A stretch of 64,000 nt of DNA from an uncultured Gammaproteobacteria bacterium (GTDB taxonomy: Bacteria; Pseudomonadota; Gammaproteobacteria; UBA9214). The notes under the pieces are model-generated. The model did no database searches. It had not been told where the DNA came from and saw only the letters and a program-made list of their open reading frames with translations. The stretch spans positions 5,431 through 69,430 of the forward strand of contig CAVYHX010000014.1 of assembly GCA_963768415.1 (NCBI GenBank). The letters run 5' to 3'. Positions 52,039-61,689 of the stretch are shown one piece after another. The position numbers and the translations under genes are program-made. Every line of letters begins with the position of its first letter. Within the stretch, counting starts at the first letter, position 1.

Positions 52039-54429
52039 CTATTTTTCGAACACCACCGGCACTATATCGGTGAATCGGCGGGCGAAATGTACCTTCATTC
52101 CGGCCTTGATATGTTTCGGCAACTCCTCGAAATCCCCCTGGTTGGCCTCCGGCAGGATCAGTTCCCGGAAGCCGGTGCGCTTGGCCGCAATCACCTTCTC
52201 CTTGATCCCGCCAACCGGCAGGACCTCGCCGGTCAGGGTCAACTCCCCGGTCATGGCGAGCAGGCGCACCGGGCGGCGGCCCCGGGCCAGCGACAGGATT
52301 GCCGTCGCCATGGTCACGCCGGCACTCGGACCGTCCTTGGGCGTGGCCCCGGCTGGCACATGCAGGTGAATGAACGACTTCCTGAAGAAATCCTGTTTGA
52401 TATTCAGCTTTTCCGCGTTTGACATGACATAGCTGTAGGCGATTTCGGCCGATTCCCGCATGACATCACCCAGCTGACCGGTCAGTTTCAGGCCGCGGGT
52501 ATAGGTGTGCACACGGGTGGCCTCCACGGTCAGGGTGGCACCACCCATGGCCGTCCAGGCAAGACCTGTGATAATACCCACACCGGAATTGCGCTTCTCG
52601 CGCTCGAAGATGACCTTGCCCAGGTAATCCTCGATGTCACGCGCCCTGACAATGACCGGTGGTTTCACTTTCCGGAGCAGCTTGACGACCGCCTTGCGCA
52701 CGATCGCGCCCAGGTATTTTTCCAGCCGCCGGACGCCGGCCTCCCTGGCATAGCCCTCGATAATCTTGCGCAGCGCGCTCTTTTCGATGCGCAATTGACC
52801 GCGCGGCTTGAGGCCGGCCTTGGCCAACAGTTTCGGCAGCAGGTGCTTCTGGGCGATAGCGAGTTTTTCATCGGCCAGGTATCCGGACAGCCTGATGATC
52901 TCCATGCGATCCAGCAGGGGTGCGGGTATGGTGTCGAGCTGATTCGCGGTACAGATGAACAACACCCTGGACAGATCGAACGGTACGTCCAGGTAATGAT
53001 CCAGGAACTCGGCATTTTGTTCGGGATCGAGCACCTCCAGCAGGGCCGAGGCCGGATCGCCTTGATAGGACGCGCCCACCTTGTCGAGCTCGTCCAGCAT
53101 GATGACCGGGTTGTCGGTTTCGGTATTGCGGATGGCCTGGATAAACTTGCCCGGCATGGCACCTATGTAGGTGCGGCGATGACCCTTGATCTCCGCCTCA
53201 TCACGCATACCGCCGAGTGAAAACCGGAAAAACTTGCGGCCCAGCGCACGCGCAATCGATTTCCCCAGCGAGGTCTTGCCGACGCCGGGTGGTCCCACAA
53301 ACAGCAAAATGGAGCCGGCCACCTCCCCTTTCATGATCCCGACCGCCATAAATTCCAGGATCCGCTCCTTGACGTCGTCCAGGCCTTCATGGTCCTGATC
53401 AAGTATCTTGCCGGCACGCCTCAGATTCAGCTCATCCTTGCTGTGCACGCCCCACGGCAACAACGTCAACCAGTCGAGATAATTGCGAGTCACGGCGTAC
53501 TCAGGAGAGCCGGTCTCCAGCAGGCCGAGCTTTTCAATCTCTTCGTCAAAACGTTCCTGTACGGATTCGGGTACTGACAGTGCCTGGAACCGCTCACGGA
53601 ACTTGTCGAGTTCGGCTGTCCTGTCATCCTTGGACAAGCCGAGCTCCTTCTGGATTGCCTTCAACTGTTCACGCAGGAACATCTCTTTCTGATGCGACTG
53701 TATTTCCTGTTCCACGTGCTGACGGATCTTCATCTGCGCCCGCGCGACTTCCAGCTCCTTGTTGATCAGCAACAGCACTTTTTCCAGGCGCGGCAGGATG
53801 TCTGCCGTGTCGAGCACTTCCTGCAGCTCTTCCTTGTCGGCGGTAGTCAGGCTGGCGGCAAAGTCCGCCAGGCGCGAAGGATCATCCGGACTGAAGTGTT
53901 CCAGGAACACCTTGAGTTCCTCGCCATACAGGGGATTCAGCGGCACCAGTTCCTTGATGGTGTTGATGATTGCAACCGCATAGGCCTTGACGTCGGACAC
54001 CTGATCGTAGGTCGTCTCGGGGTAGTAACTGACGCGCACAGTGTAGGGCCTGGTCTTCGATACCCAGCCCTCGATCCGGAAGCGTTGCAGGCCCTCCAGC
54101 AAAATCTGCAACTTGCCCGAGTCCTTCATCACCCGGTGTATACGGCAGGCTGTCCCCATGGTGTGGAAATCCGCGAACGTGGCGTCGTCCACATTGTCCT
54201 GCCTGACCAGCACCAGCCCGATGATGCCGTTCGCCGAATCCTTGACTGCCTTGATGGTCTCTTCCCAGGGCTCGCTATCCACCAGCAAGGGCATCACCTG
54301 GCCGGGGAAAAACGGCCGGCTGCTTTGCGGCAGCAGCTGAATCACACCCGGCAGTACATCCTTGGCGGATATGATTGCACCCGTCGACTTCGGCGCATCC
54401 TTGTTATTGTTGTCGTGATCAATATCCAT
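52039..54429 (-). CDS. lon: ATP-dependent Lon protease (LonA type)
   Basis: 796 aa with a LON N-terminal domain, Walker A GPPGVGKTS and the protease serine motif ..PKDGPSAGVTMATA... Confidence 0.93.
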   Translation of the reverse strand: MDIDHDNNNKDAPKSTGAIISAKDVLPGVIQLLPQSSRPFFPGQVMPLLVDSEPWEETIKAVKDSANGIIGLVLVRQDNVDDATFADFHTMGTACRIHRVMKDSGKLQILLEGLQRFRIEGWVSKTRPYTVRVSYYPETTYDQVSDVKAYAVAIINTIKELVPLNPLYGEELKVFLEHFSPDDPSRLADFAASLTTADKEELQEVLDTADILPRLEKVLLLINKELEVARAQMKIRQHVEQEIQSHQKEMFLREQLKAIQKELGLSKDDRTAELDKFRERFQALSVPESVQERFDEEIEKLGLLETGSPEYAVTRNYLDWLTLLPWGVHSKDELNLRRAGKILDQDHEGLDDVKERILEFMAVGIMKGEVAGSILLFVGPPGVGKTSLGKSIARALGRKFFRFSLGGMRDEAEIKGHRRTYIGAMPGKFIQAIRNTETDNPVIMLDELDKVGASYQGDPASALLEVLDPEQNAEFLDHYLDVPFDLSRVLFICTANQLDTIPAPLLDRMEIIRLSGYLADEKLAIAQKHLLPKLLAKAGLKPRGQLRIEKSALRKIIEGYAREAGVRRLEKYLGAIVRKAVVKLLRKVKPPVIVRARDIEDYLGKVIFEREKRNSGVGIITGLAWTAMGGATLTVEATRVHTYTRGLKLTGQLGDVMRESAEIAYSYVMSNAEKLNIKQDFFRKSFIHLHVPAGATPKDGPSAGVTMATAILSLARGRRPVRLLAMTGELTLTGEVLPVGGIKEKVIAAKRTGFRELILPEANQGDFEELPKHIKAGMKVHFARRFTDIVPVVFEK

Positions 54430-54540
54430 AGCTAATCAGATCCTTACGGGCAAGCAGTAGTTAATTGGGACAATTTCATGAAATATCAAGGACTGGCTGT
54501 AAACTTTCTAGCTGTGTATACTGTCTTATAGTTACATTTT

Positions 54541-54912
54541 GGGGGCGACCTGGCTTCGACGTGGGTTGCGAAACCTGAGGTGCATGCCGAGGTGCAGGAT
54601 ACCTCGTAAATCCATCTGCAAACTTTTAGTTGCCAACGACGACAACTACGCACTCGCTGCTTAAACCCCAGTAGGGTGCCGTCTGACTGGAGCCGTGCTT
54701 GTGCGTCCAGGTCCTCGGGACACCCAGGCGTCGATTCTCACAAGATCGCGTTGAAGCTCGTTCGGGGTGGATACGCTAAAACTTACCGAACTCGCTGTTT
54801 GTCTTCCCTGCCCGTCGGGTAGCAGGCAGTTAAATTAATAGACCTGGATAAGCATGTAGAGCCGATGGCAGAGGACTTACGGACGCGGGTTCGATTCCCG
54901 CCGCCTCCACCA
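54541..54912 (+). ncRNA. ssrA: Transfer-messenger RNA (tmRNA, SsrA)
   Basis: The 5' GGGGGCG pairs with the 3' CGCCTCC-A-CCA, including the G3:U70 pair. There is a T-arm GCGGGTTCGATTCCCGC. The tag reading frame GCC AAC GAC GAC AAC TAC GCA CTC GCT GCT TAA (54632-54664) encodes ANDDNYALAA*. Confidence 0.97.
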
Positions 54913-54913
54913 A
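54886..54913 (+). repeat. Direct repeat copy 1 (att-like), the functional tmRNA 3' end
   Basis: cgggttcgattcccgccgCctccaccaa is identical at 27 of 28 positions to 61838-61865. Confidence 0.9.
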
Positions 54914-55362
54914 CTTTTTGTTTTTATTAATCTTTTTAAAGCACTTTGTCCCGCGGCCGTCCACTTTTATGCCCCACACCGGGGGCTGGGATACTGAAAA
55001 GACTGCATAAATAATTCATGTTTCCCGGAAATGGGCATGATGTGGGCAACATTTGGGCAACATTTTATGCCCGGATTTCGGAAGCTGACGACTGGCTAGC
55101 CGCAACCCTCTTAGCCAAACCTCACCACAACGCCGGGATGAAACTGGCAGCATACGAGTTAATGATCAATGATGAATCTGCTTTCGCTAGAAAAACGGCG
55201 ATGCACTGGACGTTGAAATAGTTGACTATCCCAGGGGCGCAGGACACCCCTTTGTATAAAAATATCTCTGGCATTCCCTCGTCGAAAAAATAATTGCTTC
55301 CGGTAGTAGACGGCTAATTTTCGATCCCTCCCGTTCATAACTCCAATACGCTTGAACAAGCT

Positions 55363-55824
55363 TCATCTGAACCTGTGGCCGCGTCGATGCTGCTGCCCCA
55401 TTCCTCGACCTCCTCCACCAGACCCAACCCTTTCTACGCAGCGCTGAAAGGCTGGCAAATGGTTTTCTCTTGACGCTTTTTGCAACTGTTTGAGTACCAC
55501 TTGAACATCTGGGTATTGTTTTGTTGATTCGAGCAACCTTTCATACATGTCTGCATTATCTATTTCTTCCTGAACACCTGCCTGACAGGCTTCCAACACA
55601 GAGGCGGGCGCTTTAACACGCGACTCCCAGTTATCTTCAGGGATAGGTATGCCGTATTTATCGAACAAAGGCAGTAACGCTTGTATATGCCGGCCTTCGG
55701 CCTCGACAATATTTATGAATGGCCGTATCTCGCCAAACTTGCTTATTACAAGACTATACATCGCGCGTGCCTTGTATTCGTCATTGATTGCTTCTACAAG
55801 AACACTGCCAAGATTCTCAGTCAT
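55363..55824 (-). CDS. DUF2202-type ferritin-like protein
   Basis: The ORF extends to 55884. The likely start is MTENLGSVLVEAINDEYKARAMYSLVISKFGEIRPFINIVEAEGRHIQAL.., which fits the DUF2202 pattern (recalled). It has a Gly/Arg-rich C-terminal tail. Confidence 0.65.
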   Translation of the reverse strand: MTENLGSVLVEAINDEYKARAMYSLVISKFGEIRPFINIVEAEGRHIQALLPLFDKYGIPIPEDNWESRVKAPASVLEACQAGVQEEIDNADMYERLLESTKQYPDVQVVLKQLQKASRENHLPAFQRCVERVGSGGGGRGMGQQHRRGHRFR

Positions 55825-55917
55825 AGTCACTCCGATATTACCTTCATGATTACATTCCGTTACCTGGCTGGCAGATATACGCACCCACCCATATACATAA
55901 ACTCGGAACCTGCTCGA

Positions 55918-56661
55918 TCAATGACCAAGAATCAGCTTGATCACCCACATCAATCCTATGCCGAATACAAAAGAAAGGAAGTGAATGATATTAGCTTTTA
56001 TATCGCCGTGCTTGTTTACTTCCGGGACAAGGTCAGAAGCCCCGATATAAATAAAATTGCCGGCGGCAAACGGTACCAGGAAATCGATATTTACTTTGAA
56101 TGAGACGAAGTATGCAGTGACACCGCCGACCAGGAAAGTAAGACCCGATAGAACGTTAAATAGCAAGGCCTTGCCCTTGCTCCACCCACCGTGAATAAGA
56201 ACTCCAAAGTCACCCAGCTCCTGTGGAACCTCATGTGCCGCAGCTGCAAGCCACGCCATTATTCCCAGGCGGATATCCACCAGAAAAATCCCCGCTACAG
56301 CAAGACCACCGATAAAATTATGCAGCCCGTCCCCAACCAGAATTAAATAGGTAAGCGGTTGCCTGCAACTGGTTTCTGCCCGGTGACAGTGATGCCAGTG
56401 CAGCAGCTGCTCCAGCGCAAAAAATACGATGAACCCTGCTAGAACCCATAAATAAAATGTGTCGCCCCCCTCATACCTGACCATTCCGGCTGGAATCATG
56501 TGCAAGAAGGCGCCGCCAATTAGTGAGCCGGCTGCAAAGGCGACAAGTGGAAGGATGATTTTCTGTAACGTTTCCTTTTTAAGAAATAATGTGACACTTC
56601 CAACAAGCGCAATAGCACTCATCAAGAGACTGCTGGAGATTATCCATCCTAAAGCACCCAT
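55918..56661 (-). CDS. ZIP-family divalent metal (Zn/Fe) transporter
   Basis: 247 aa with about 8 transmembrane segments and a histidine-bearing central loop (..LLHWHHCHRAE..). The motif ..HNFIGGLAVAG.. and ..HEVPQELGDFGVL.. are typical of ZupT/ZIP proteins. Confidence 0.85.
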   Translation of the reverse strand: MGALGWIISSSLLMSAIALVGSVTLFLKKETLQKIILPLVAFAAGSLIGGAFLHMIPAGMVRYEGGDTFYLWVLAGFIVFFALEQLLHWHHCHRAETSCRQPLTYLILVGDGLHNFIGGLAVAGIFLVDIRLGIMAWLAAAAHEVPQELGDFGVLIHGGWSKGKALLFNVLSGLTFLVGGVTAYFVSFKVNIDFLVPFAAGNFIYIGASDLVPEVNKHGDIKANIIHFLSFVFGIGLMWVIKLILGH

Positions 56662-56761
56662 TCTCGCTCTCTACCCCTGGTCACTGTAACGCCAACTATA
56701 AAACGAGTATTCAAAACTTGATAATCAGCCTCGCATCCCTGTAACCGGGTACGATTAAATC

Positions 56762-57064
56762 CTATAGTTCCTTTGCAATTTGAGCAGCAAATCCGTTTTG
56801 TTCCATACATTCCACATGATTATGTTCCAGTGTTTCTCTGAATTTTGACCCAAACCTTCCGGCAATAACTTTAGTCACATGCATGCTAATCAACATATTC
56901 GCAACATCCGGACCCACATTGGTAGCATTACCTGCATAGGGGTTCTCAAGAATCTCACTCAAATGCCCATCTGTACCAAATACCAAATAAAACAAGGCCC
57001 GTGCGCCCTGGGTACTGATTTCGGCAGAAGGATCATTATTTTCTGTTGCAATAGCTATTTTCAT
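56762..57064 (-). CDS. NifB/NifX-family (dinitrogenase FeMo-cofactor-binding fold) small protein
   Basis: 100 aa, MKIAIATENN...ENPYAG...VTKVIAGRFGSKFRETLEHNHVEC.., which matches the stand-alone NifX-like domain pattern. No nif genes are nearby. Confidence 0.65.
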   Translation of the reverse strand: MKIAIATENNDPSAEISTQGARALFYLVFGTDGHLSEILENPYAGNATNVGPDVANMLISMHVTKVIAGRFGSKFRETLEHNHVECMEQNGFAAQIAKEL

Positions 57065-57245
57065 ATCGAGTTCCCTTCAAATAAAAAACCACTTAAGCGT
57101 GGTAGAAATGTATCAAAATAAATAATATGCCATTTATACAGGAGAACCTAGACACACATCAGTTACCTGAGAAATATTGTGTGCCAACCTTCTTCATCGA
57201 CATGGTATCGTCTACACACTGGAATAGAACAAGGAGATAAACACA

Positions 57246-57755
57246 ATGAGACGCTTGTATTTCATATTACCTGCCATGGAAGTTACACATAAGGTCGTGG
57301 ATGAACTGCTGCTGGCGCGAATTGAAGAGCGCCATATTCATGTCATCGCCAAAGAAAACTCCCCCATGGAAGATTTACCGGAAGCCACACTCTTGCAGAA
57401 AAGCGATTTCGTGCCCGCCCTTGAACGCGGAGTTGCCCTGGGCGGTGCAACCGGTGTAGTTGCGGGACTGGTAGCATTGGCTTTCCCACCCGCAGGTCTA
57501 GTATTAGGAGGCGGCGCTGTCCTCAGTATCGCTCTGGCCGGTGCCGGCGTGGGCGCCTGGTTGTCCAGCATGATCGGCATAGACGCACCTAACAGCCGAT
57601 TGAAGGCCTTTGAAGAGGCTATCGAAAAAGGAGAATTTCTCATGTTGGTGGATGTCCCGAAGGACCGCGTCGATGAGATCGATGAACTGGTTAAACAGCA
57701 TCACCCGGAAGCCAAGATTGAAGGAACAGAGCCGACTATTCCAGCATTCCCCTGA
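57246..57755 (+). CDS. DUF1269-like membrane protein (two soluble alpha/beta modules flanking a glycine-zipper transmembrane hairpin)
   Basis: 169 aa. The central region is ..GVALGGATGVVAGLVALAFPPAGLVLGGGAVLSIALAGAGVGAWLSSMIGIDAPN... The C-terminal ..KGEFLMLVDVPKDRVDEIDELV.. parallels the DUF1269 layout (recalled). Confidence 0.5.
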   Translation: MRRLYFILPAMEVTHKVVDELLLARIEERHIHVIAKENSPMEDLPEATLLQKSDFVPALERGVALGGATGVVAGLVALAFPPAGLVLGGGAVLSIALAGAGVGAWLSSMIGIDAPNSRLKAFEEAIEKGEFLMLVDVPKDRVDEIDELVKQHHPEAKIEGTEPTIPAFP

Positions 57756-58009
57756 TTTTATCCCTGCCGTTTATTAGCGCTGAGTTCAATGCATGTCAGC
57801 TGCAGACGTGTCTCTGCTGGTATGACACGCAAGCGTTCAGGCAAGATAGTTGCGAAGAAACCCGTCTCTGGCGAATCAGTAATTTTCACCTGAAACAATT
57901 AGTCAGACGTCGTTTTAGCGAAGACTACATTGCCTGGCGATCTTGAAGGCGTCATCGACTGAGCAGTCATTTTGTTGCCAACTTCAGCTTGCTGCTTTTC
58001 TTTACCCGC

Positions 58010-58930
58010 CTACCCCAACAAGGCGTTCAAATGTGCAGCTACGCTACGACCCAGTGCTGGCAATGCATAACCGCCCTCCAGAACCGACACAATCCTGCCT
58101 TCAGCATGACATTCGGCGATCTTGCGAATTTCTTCCGTCACCCAGAAAAAATCTGCTTCGCACAAACTCAGCCCGGCCATCTCGTCTTCGAGATGCGCAT
58201 CAAATCCTGCGGAAACAAGAATCAGCTGCGGTTTAAAATCTTCCAACCTCGGCATCCATTGAGCCTTCACTGCGGCACGAAAGGCCGGACCGTCGGTCCC
58301 CGCCCGCAATGGAACGCTGACAATATTCCCGGCGACAGCATCAAAACCGCGATGGGGATAAAAGGGATGCTGGAATGCGGAACAATAGAGAACCCTGGGA
58401 TCACCTATAAAAATGGTTTCGGTGCCATTACCGTGGTGGACATCGAAATCCACAATCGCAATTCTTTCAAGCCCATGGGCGTGCAAAGCATGAGCGGCAC
58501 CGACGGCAACGTTGTTAAAAATACAGAATCCCATCGCCCTGTTCCGTTCGGCGTGGTGACCCGGGGGCCTTACACTGCAAAACGCGGCCTTGCTCTGGCC
58601 AGACATGACCAGATCGACCCCGAGAACGACCGCGCCGGCAGCCCGCAAAGCGGCTGTGAGGCTATGAGGGTTCATCGAAGTATCCGGATCCAGCCAGACC
58701 CTGCCCTGTTGCGGCGCCTTGTTGAAAATTTCCTCGACGTAGTGCCGATCATGCACCCGGCAAAGTTGCTCGCGAGTCACCAGCGGCGCATCGTAACGCC
58801 GAAGCGCAACATAAAGACCGCTCGATAAAATCTGATCTTCAATGGCCGCCAGACGTTCTGGACACTCGGGGTGCTGCTCACCCATGTCGTGCAACGCGCA
58901 GTCGGGGTGTGATATAAATGCTATGGTCAT
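58010..58930 (-). CDS. Zn-dependent deacetylase of the histone deacetylase (class II HDAC / acetylpolyamine amidohydrolase) family
   Basis: 306 aa with the motifs RPPGHHA, DFDVHHGNGT, SAGFDAH and EGGY. Confidence 0.9.
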   Translation of the reverse strand: MTIAFISHPDCALHDMGEQHPECPERLAAIEDQILSSGLYVALRRYDAPLVTREQLCRVHDRHYVEEIFNKAPQQGRVWLDPDTSMNPHSLTAALRAAGAVVLGVDLVMSGQSKAAFCSVRPPGHHAERNRAMGFCIFNNVAVGAAHALHAHGLERIAIVDFDVHHGNGTETIFIGDPRVLYCSAFQHPFYPHRGFDAVAGNIVSVPLRAGTDGPAFRAAVKAQWMPRLEDFKPQLILVSAGFDAHLEDEMAGLSLCEADFFWVTEEIRKIAECHAEGRIVSVLEGGYALPALGRSVAAHLNALLG

Positions 58931-59007
58931 TTAAGTTTCCGTTTCCAGACCTTGCCCCTTGCAAGCACGAGGACTGAAGATTACATCAGACTAGCAGAGA
59001 AGTTGAT

Positions 59008-61689
59008 ATGGGACCGCACTTTCTTGATCGTCTTTTTGCACCACCGGCGATTGCTGTTTTCGGCGCCAGTGAACGCCATGACTCTGTTGGTGGCCGGATA
59101 TTCGGCAACCTTCTGCAAAGCGGTTTTTCCGGCCCGCTCTATGCGGTAAACCCAAAGCACAAGCGGCTGTTCAAGCAGGACTGCTATCCATCCATCGAAG
59201 CCATCGGCAAGCCTGTAGACCTTGCGATTATCGCAACACCGGCGGCGACAGTACCGGACATCGTCCACGCCTGTGGTGAACAGAGTGTCGGTGCGGCAAT
59301 CATCGTTTCCGCCGGATTCAGTGAAGGTGACGGCCGGGGCGCCGCGCTTGAAAAAGCGGTGATCGACACGGCACGCCGTTACCAAATACGGATTCTCGGA
59401 CCGAACTGCCTGGGTCTTATTCGTACTTCTGTAAATATGAATGCAACCTTCAGCAAGAACACGGCAAAGCACGGCCATTTAGCCCTGGTATCCCAATCCG
59501 GAGCGTTGTGTACGGCGGTTCTTGACTGGGCAACCACCTATGATATCGGTTTTTCTGTAATCGCTTCACTCGGCGATGCCGCAGACGTCGATTTTGGCGA
59601 CATTCTGGATTACCTGGCACAAGATCGCGAGACGCACAGTATTCTTCTTTATGTCGAAGGCGTGCGTGAAGCACGGCGTTTTATGAGTGGCTTGCGCGTT
59701 GCCGCCCGGATGAAACCCGTGATAGTGATCAAGGCCGGCCGCCATCAGGAGGGATCGCGCGCTGCGGTAACGCATACCGGCGCAATGGTTGGCGCTGATG
59801 ATGTGTTTGACGCGGCCCTGCAACGGGCAGGAGCGGTACGCGTGATGACCATCGGGCAATTGTTTGCCGCGGCCCAACTGCTTTCCACCCAGCATCGTGT
59901 ACAAGGTAATCGGCTGGCCATTGTCACCAACGGCGGCGGCCCCGGTGTCATGGCCGTTGATCGAGCGATCGATCTTGGTGTCGAACTGGCCGCGCTTTCG
60001 GACGCTACGCTAGCACAGCTTGACCAGGTCCTTCCGCCTCATTGGTCACACAGTAACCCGATCGATGTACTGGGGGATGCCACGCCGGAACGTTACCAGG
60101 CGGCCGTCGATGCCTGCCTGACGGATCCCGGTGTCGATGGCGTTCTTGCCATGCTGACGCCACAGGCAATGACGGATGCAACAGCCTGTGCCGAGGCGGT
60201 GATTGCTGCACACGCGGACCATGAAAGAAAGCCGGTACTGACGTGCTGGATGGGCGAGCAACAGGTTGAAGATGCGAACAAGGCATTCTCAAAACATCAT
60301 ATGCCCGGCTTTACCAGCCCTGAAGCCTCCGTCGAAGCTTTTGCCTATCTTGCCACTTATTACCGTAATCAACAGTTACTGATGCAGGTGCCCACTCCGC
60401 TTTCACCGCGCAGCGAGCCCGACATTGAAGGTGCACGACTGATTATTGAGGGTGTATTGTCACAAAAGCGCGCTATCCTCACCTCTGCAGAATCCAGGGC
60501 AATACTGCATGCGTTCGCCATCCCGGTTACCCAGGTGATTGAAGCCGATTCGGCCAACGGCGCACTGGTCGCCGCTGAATCAGTGGGCTTCCCTGTGGCG
60601 ATGAAAATCAACTCGCCGGATATAACCCACAAGTCAGATGTCGATGGCGTCCGCCTTAATATTGGTAACGCACAGGCAATACGCGGCATTTTTCAGGAAC
60701 TCATGGCACGTGCATGCGACAAATGTCCCGACGCGACTATCAAAGGTGTGACCATTGAAGCCATGCACACGCCCGTGCACGGACGTGAATTATTAGTCGG
60801 TGTCGTCCGCGACCCGGTGTTCGGTCCGGCGATCACCTTTGGCGCTGGCGGCACCCAGGTGGAAGTGTTGCGTGATCGTACCGTGGCACTGCCACCGCTG
60901 AACACGTTCCTGGTGGAAAAGATGATCAGCACCACGCGCACTGCCCGTCTGCTGGGTACATACAGAGGCAGGCCGGCCATCAAGATGGACGCACTGATCC
61001 AGACCTTAAGGCGAGTCTCCGAAATGGTCTGTGAGCTGCCACAAATCAAAGCGCTGGATATTAACCCGCTCATCGCCGACGAAAACGGGATAAGAGTCGT
61101 GGATGCCCGAATCATAGTAGAACACCACACGCCATCACTGGATCGCTATGTCCATATGGCCATTCATCCTTACCCGAGCCATCTGGTCTCTCACCACCAG
61201 TTAGCGGATGGCACTGACATCACTATCCGCCCTATCCGGCCGGAAGATGCCGTCATTGAAGATCGCTTTGTAAGGGAGCTTTCACCAGAGGCGAAGTATT
61301 TCCGCTTCATGAGCGGCCTCAATGAACTGACCCAGGACATGCTGGTGCGCTTTACCCAGCTCGACTATCACCGCGAACTCGCACTGATCGCTGTACTGAA
61401 TGATGATGGCAACGAAAGTGAGTTGGGCGTTGCCCGTTACGCCGTGAACCCCGACGGAAACAGTTGTGAATTTGCGCTGGTTGTGTCGGATAAATGGCAA
61501 CACAAAGGCATCGGTTCACAACTGATGACAGCTCTCATGGAAGCGGCACGTCAGCGGGGCTTTAGAGAACTGGATGGCGAGATTCTTGCTTCCAATCACA
61601 ACATGCTTGAACTGGTAGAGAGCCTGGGATTCCATATCCGGATTCATCCGGAAGACCTCGGAATCAGGATTGCAACAAGGACCCTCTGA
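59008..61689 (+). CDS. pat: Pat/YfiQ-type protein lysine acetyltransferase (NDP-forming acyl-CoA synthetase-like region plus C-terminal GNAT)
   Basis: 893 aa. It has an N-terminal CoA-binding region (..IAVFGASERHDSVGGRIF..), an ATP-grasp region and a C-terminal GNAT (..ALVVSDKWQHKGIGSQLMTALMEAARQRGF..). Confidence 0.88.
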   Translation: MGPHFLDRLFAPPAIAVFGASERHDSVGGRIFGNLLQSGFSGPLYAVNPKHKRLFKQDCYPSIEAIGKPVDLAIIATPAATVPDIVHACGEQSVGAAIIVSAGFSEGDGRGAALEKAVIDTARRYQIRILGPNCLGLIRTSVNMNATFSKNTAKHGHLALVSQSGALCTAVLDWATTYDIGFSVIASLGDAADVDFGDILDYLAQDRETHSILLYVEGVREARRFMSGLRVAARMKPVIVIKAGRHQEGSRAAVTHTGAMVGADDVFDAALQRAGAVRVMTIGQLFAAAQLLSTQHRVQGNRLAIVTNGGGPGVMAVDRAIDLGVELAALSDATLAQLDQVLPPHWSHSNPIDVLGDATPERYQAAVDACLTDPGVDGVLAMLTPQAMTDATACAEAVIAAHADHERKPVLTCWMGEQQVEDANKAFSKHHMPGFTSPEASVEAFAYLATYYRNQQLLMQVPTPLSPRSEPDIEGARLIIEGVLSQKRAILTSAESRAILHAFAIPVTQVIEADSANGALVAAESVGFPVAMKINSPDITHKSDVDGVRLNIGNAQAIRGIFQELMARACDKCPDATIKGVTIEAMHTPVHGRELLVGVVRDPVFGPAITFGAGGTQVEVLRDRTVALPPLNTFLVEKMISTTRTARLLGTYRGRPAIKMDALIQTLRRVSEMVCELPQIKALDINPLIADENGIRVVDARIIVEHHTPSLDRYVHMAIHPYPSHLVSHHQLADGTDITIRPIRPEDAVIEDRFVRELSPEAKYFRFMSGLNELTQDMLVRFTQLDYHRELALIAVLNDDGNESELGVARYAVNPDGNSCEFALVVSDKWQHKGIGSQLMTALMEAARQRGFRELDGEILASNHNMLELVESLGFHIRIHPEDLGIRIATRTL

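Noticed and set aside
55018-55221. A 67-aa ORF just inside the island's left end might be an integrase remnant.
   Set aside because: In any frame I translated there is no R..HxxR..Y catalytic pattern and no DUF4102/SAM-like N-terminal pattern. It is probably non-coding att-proximal DNA.
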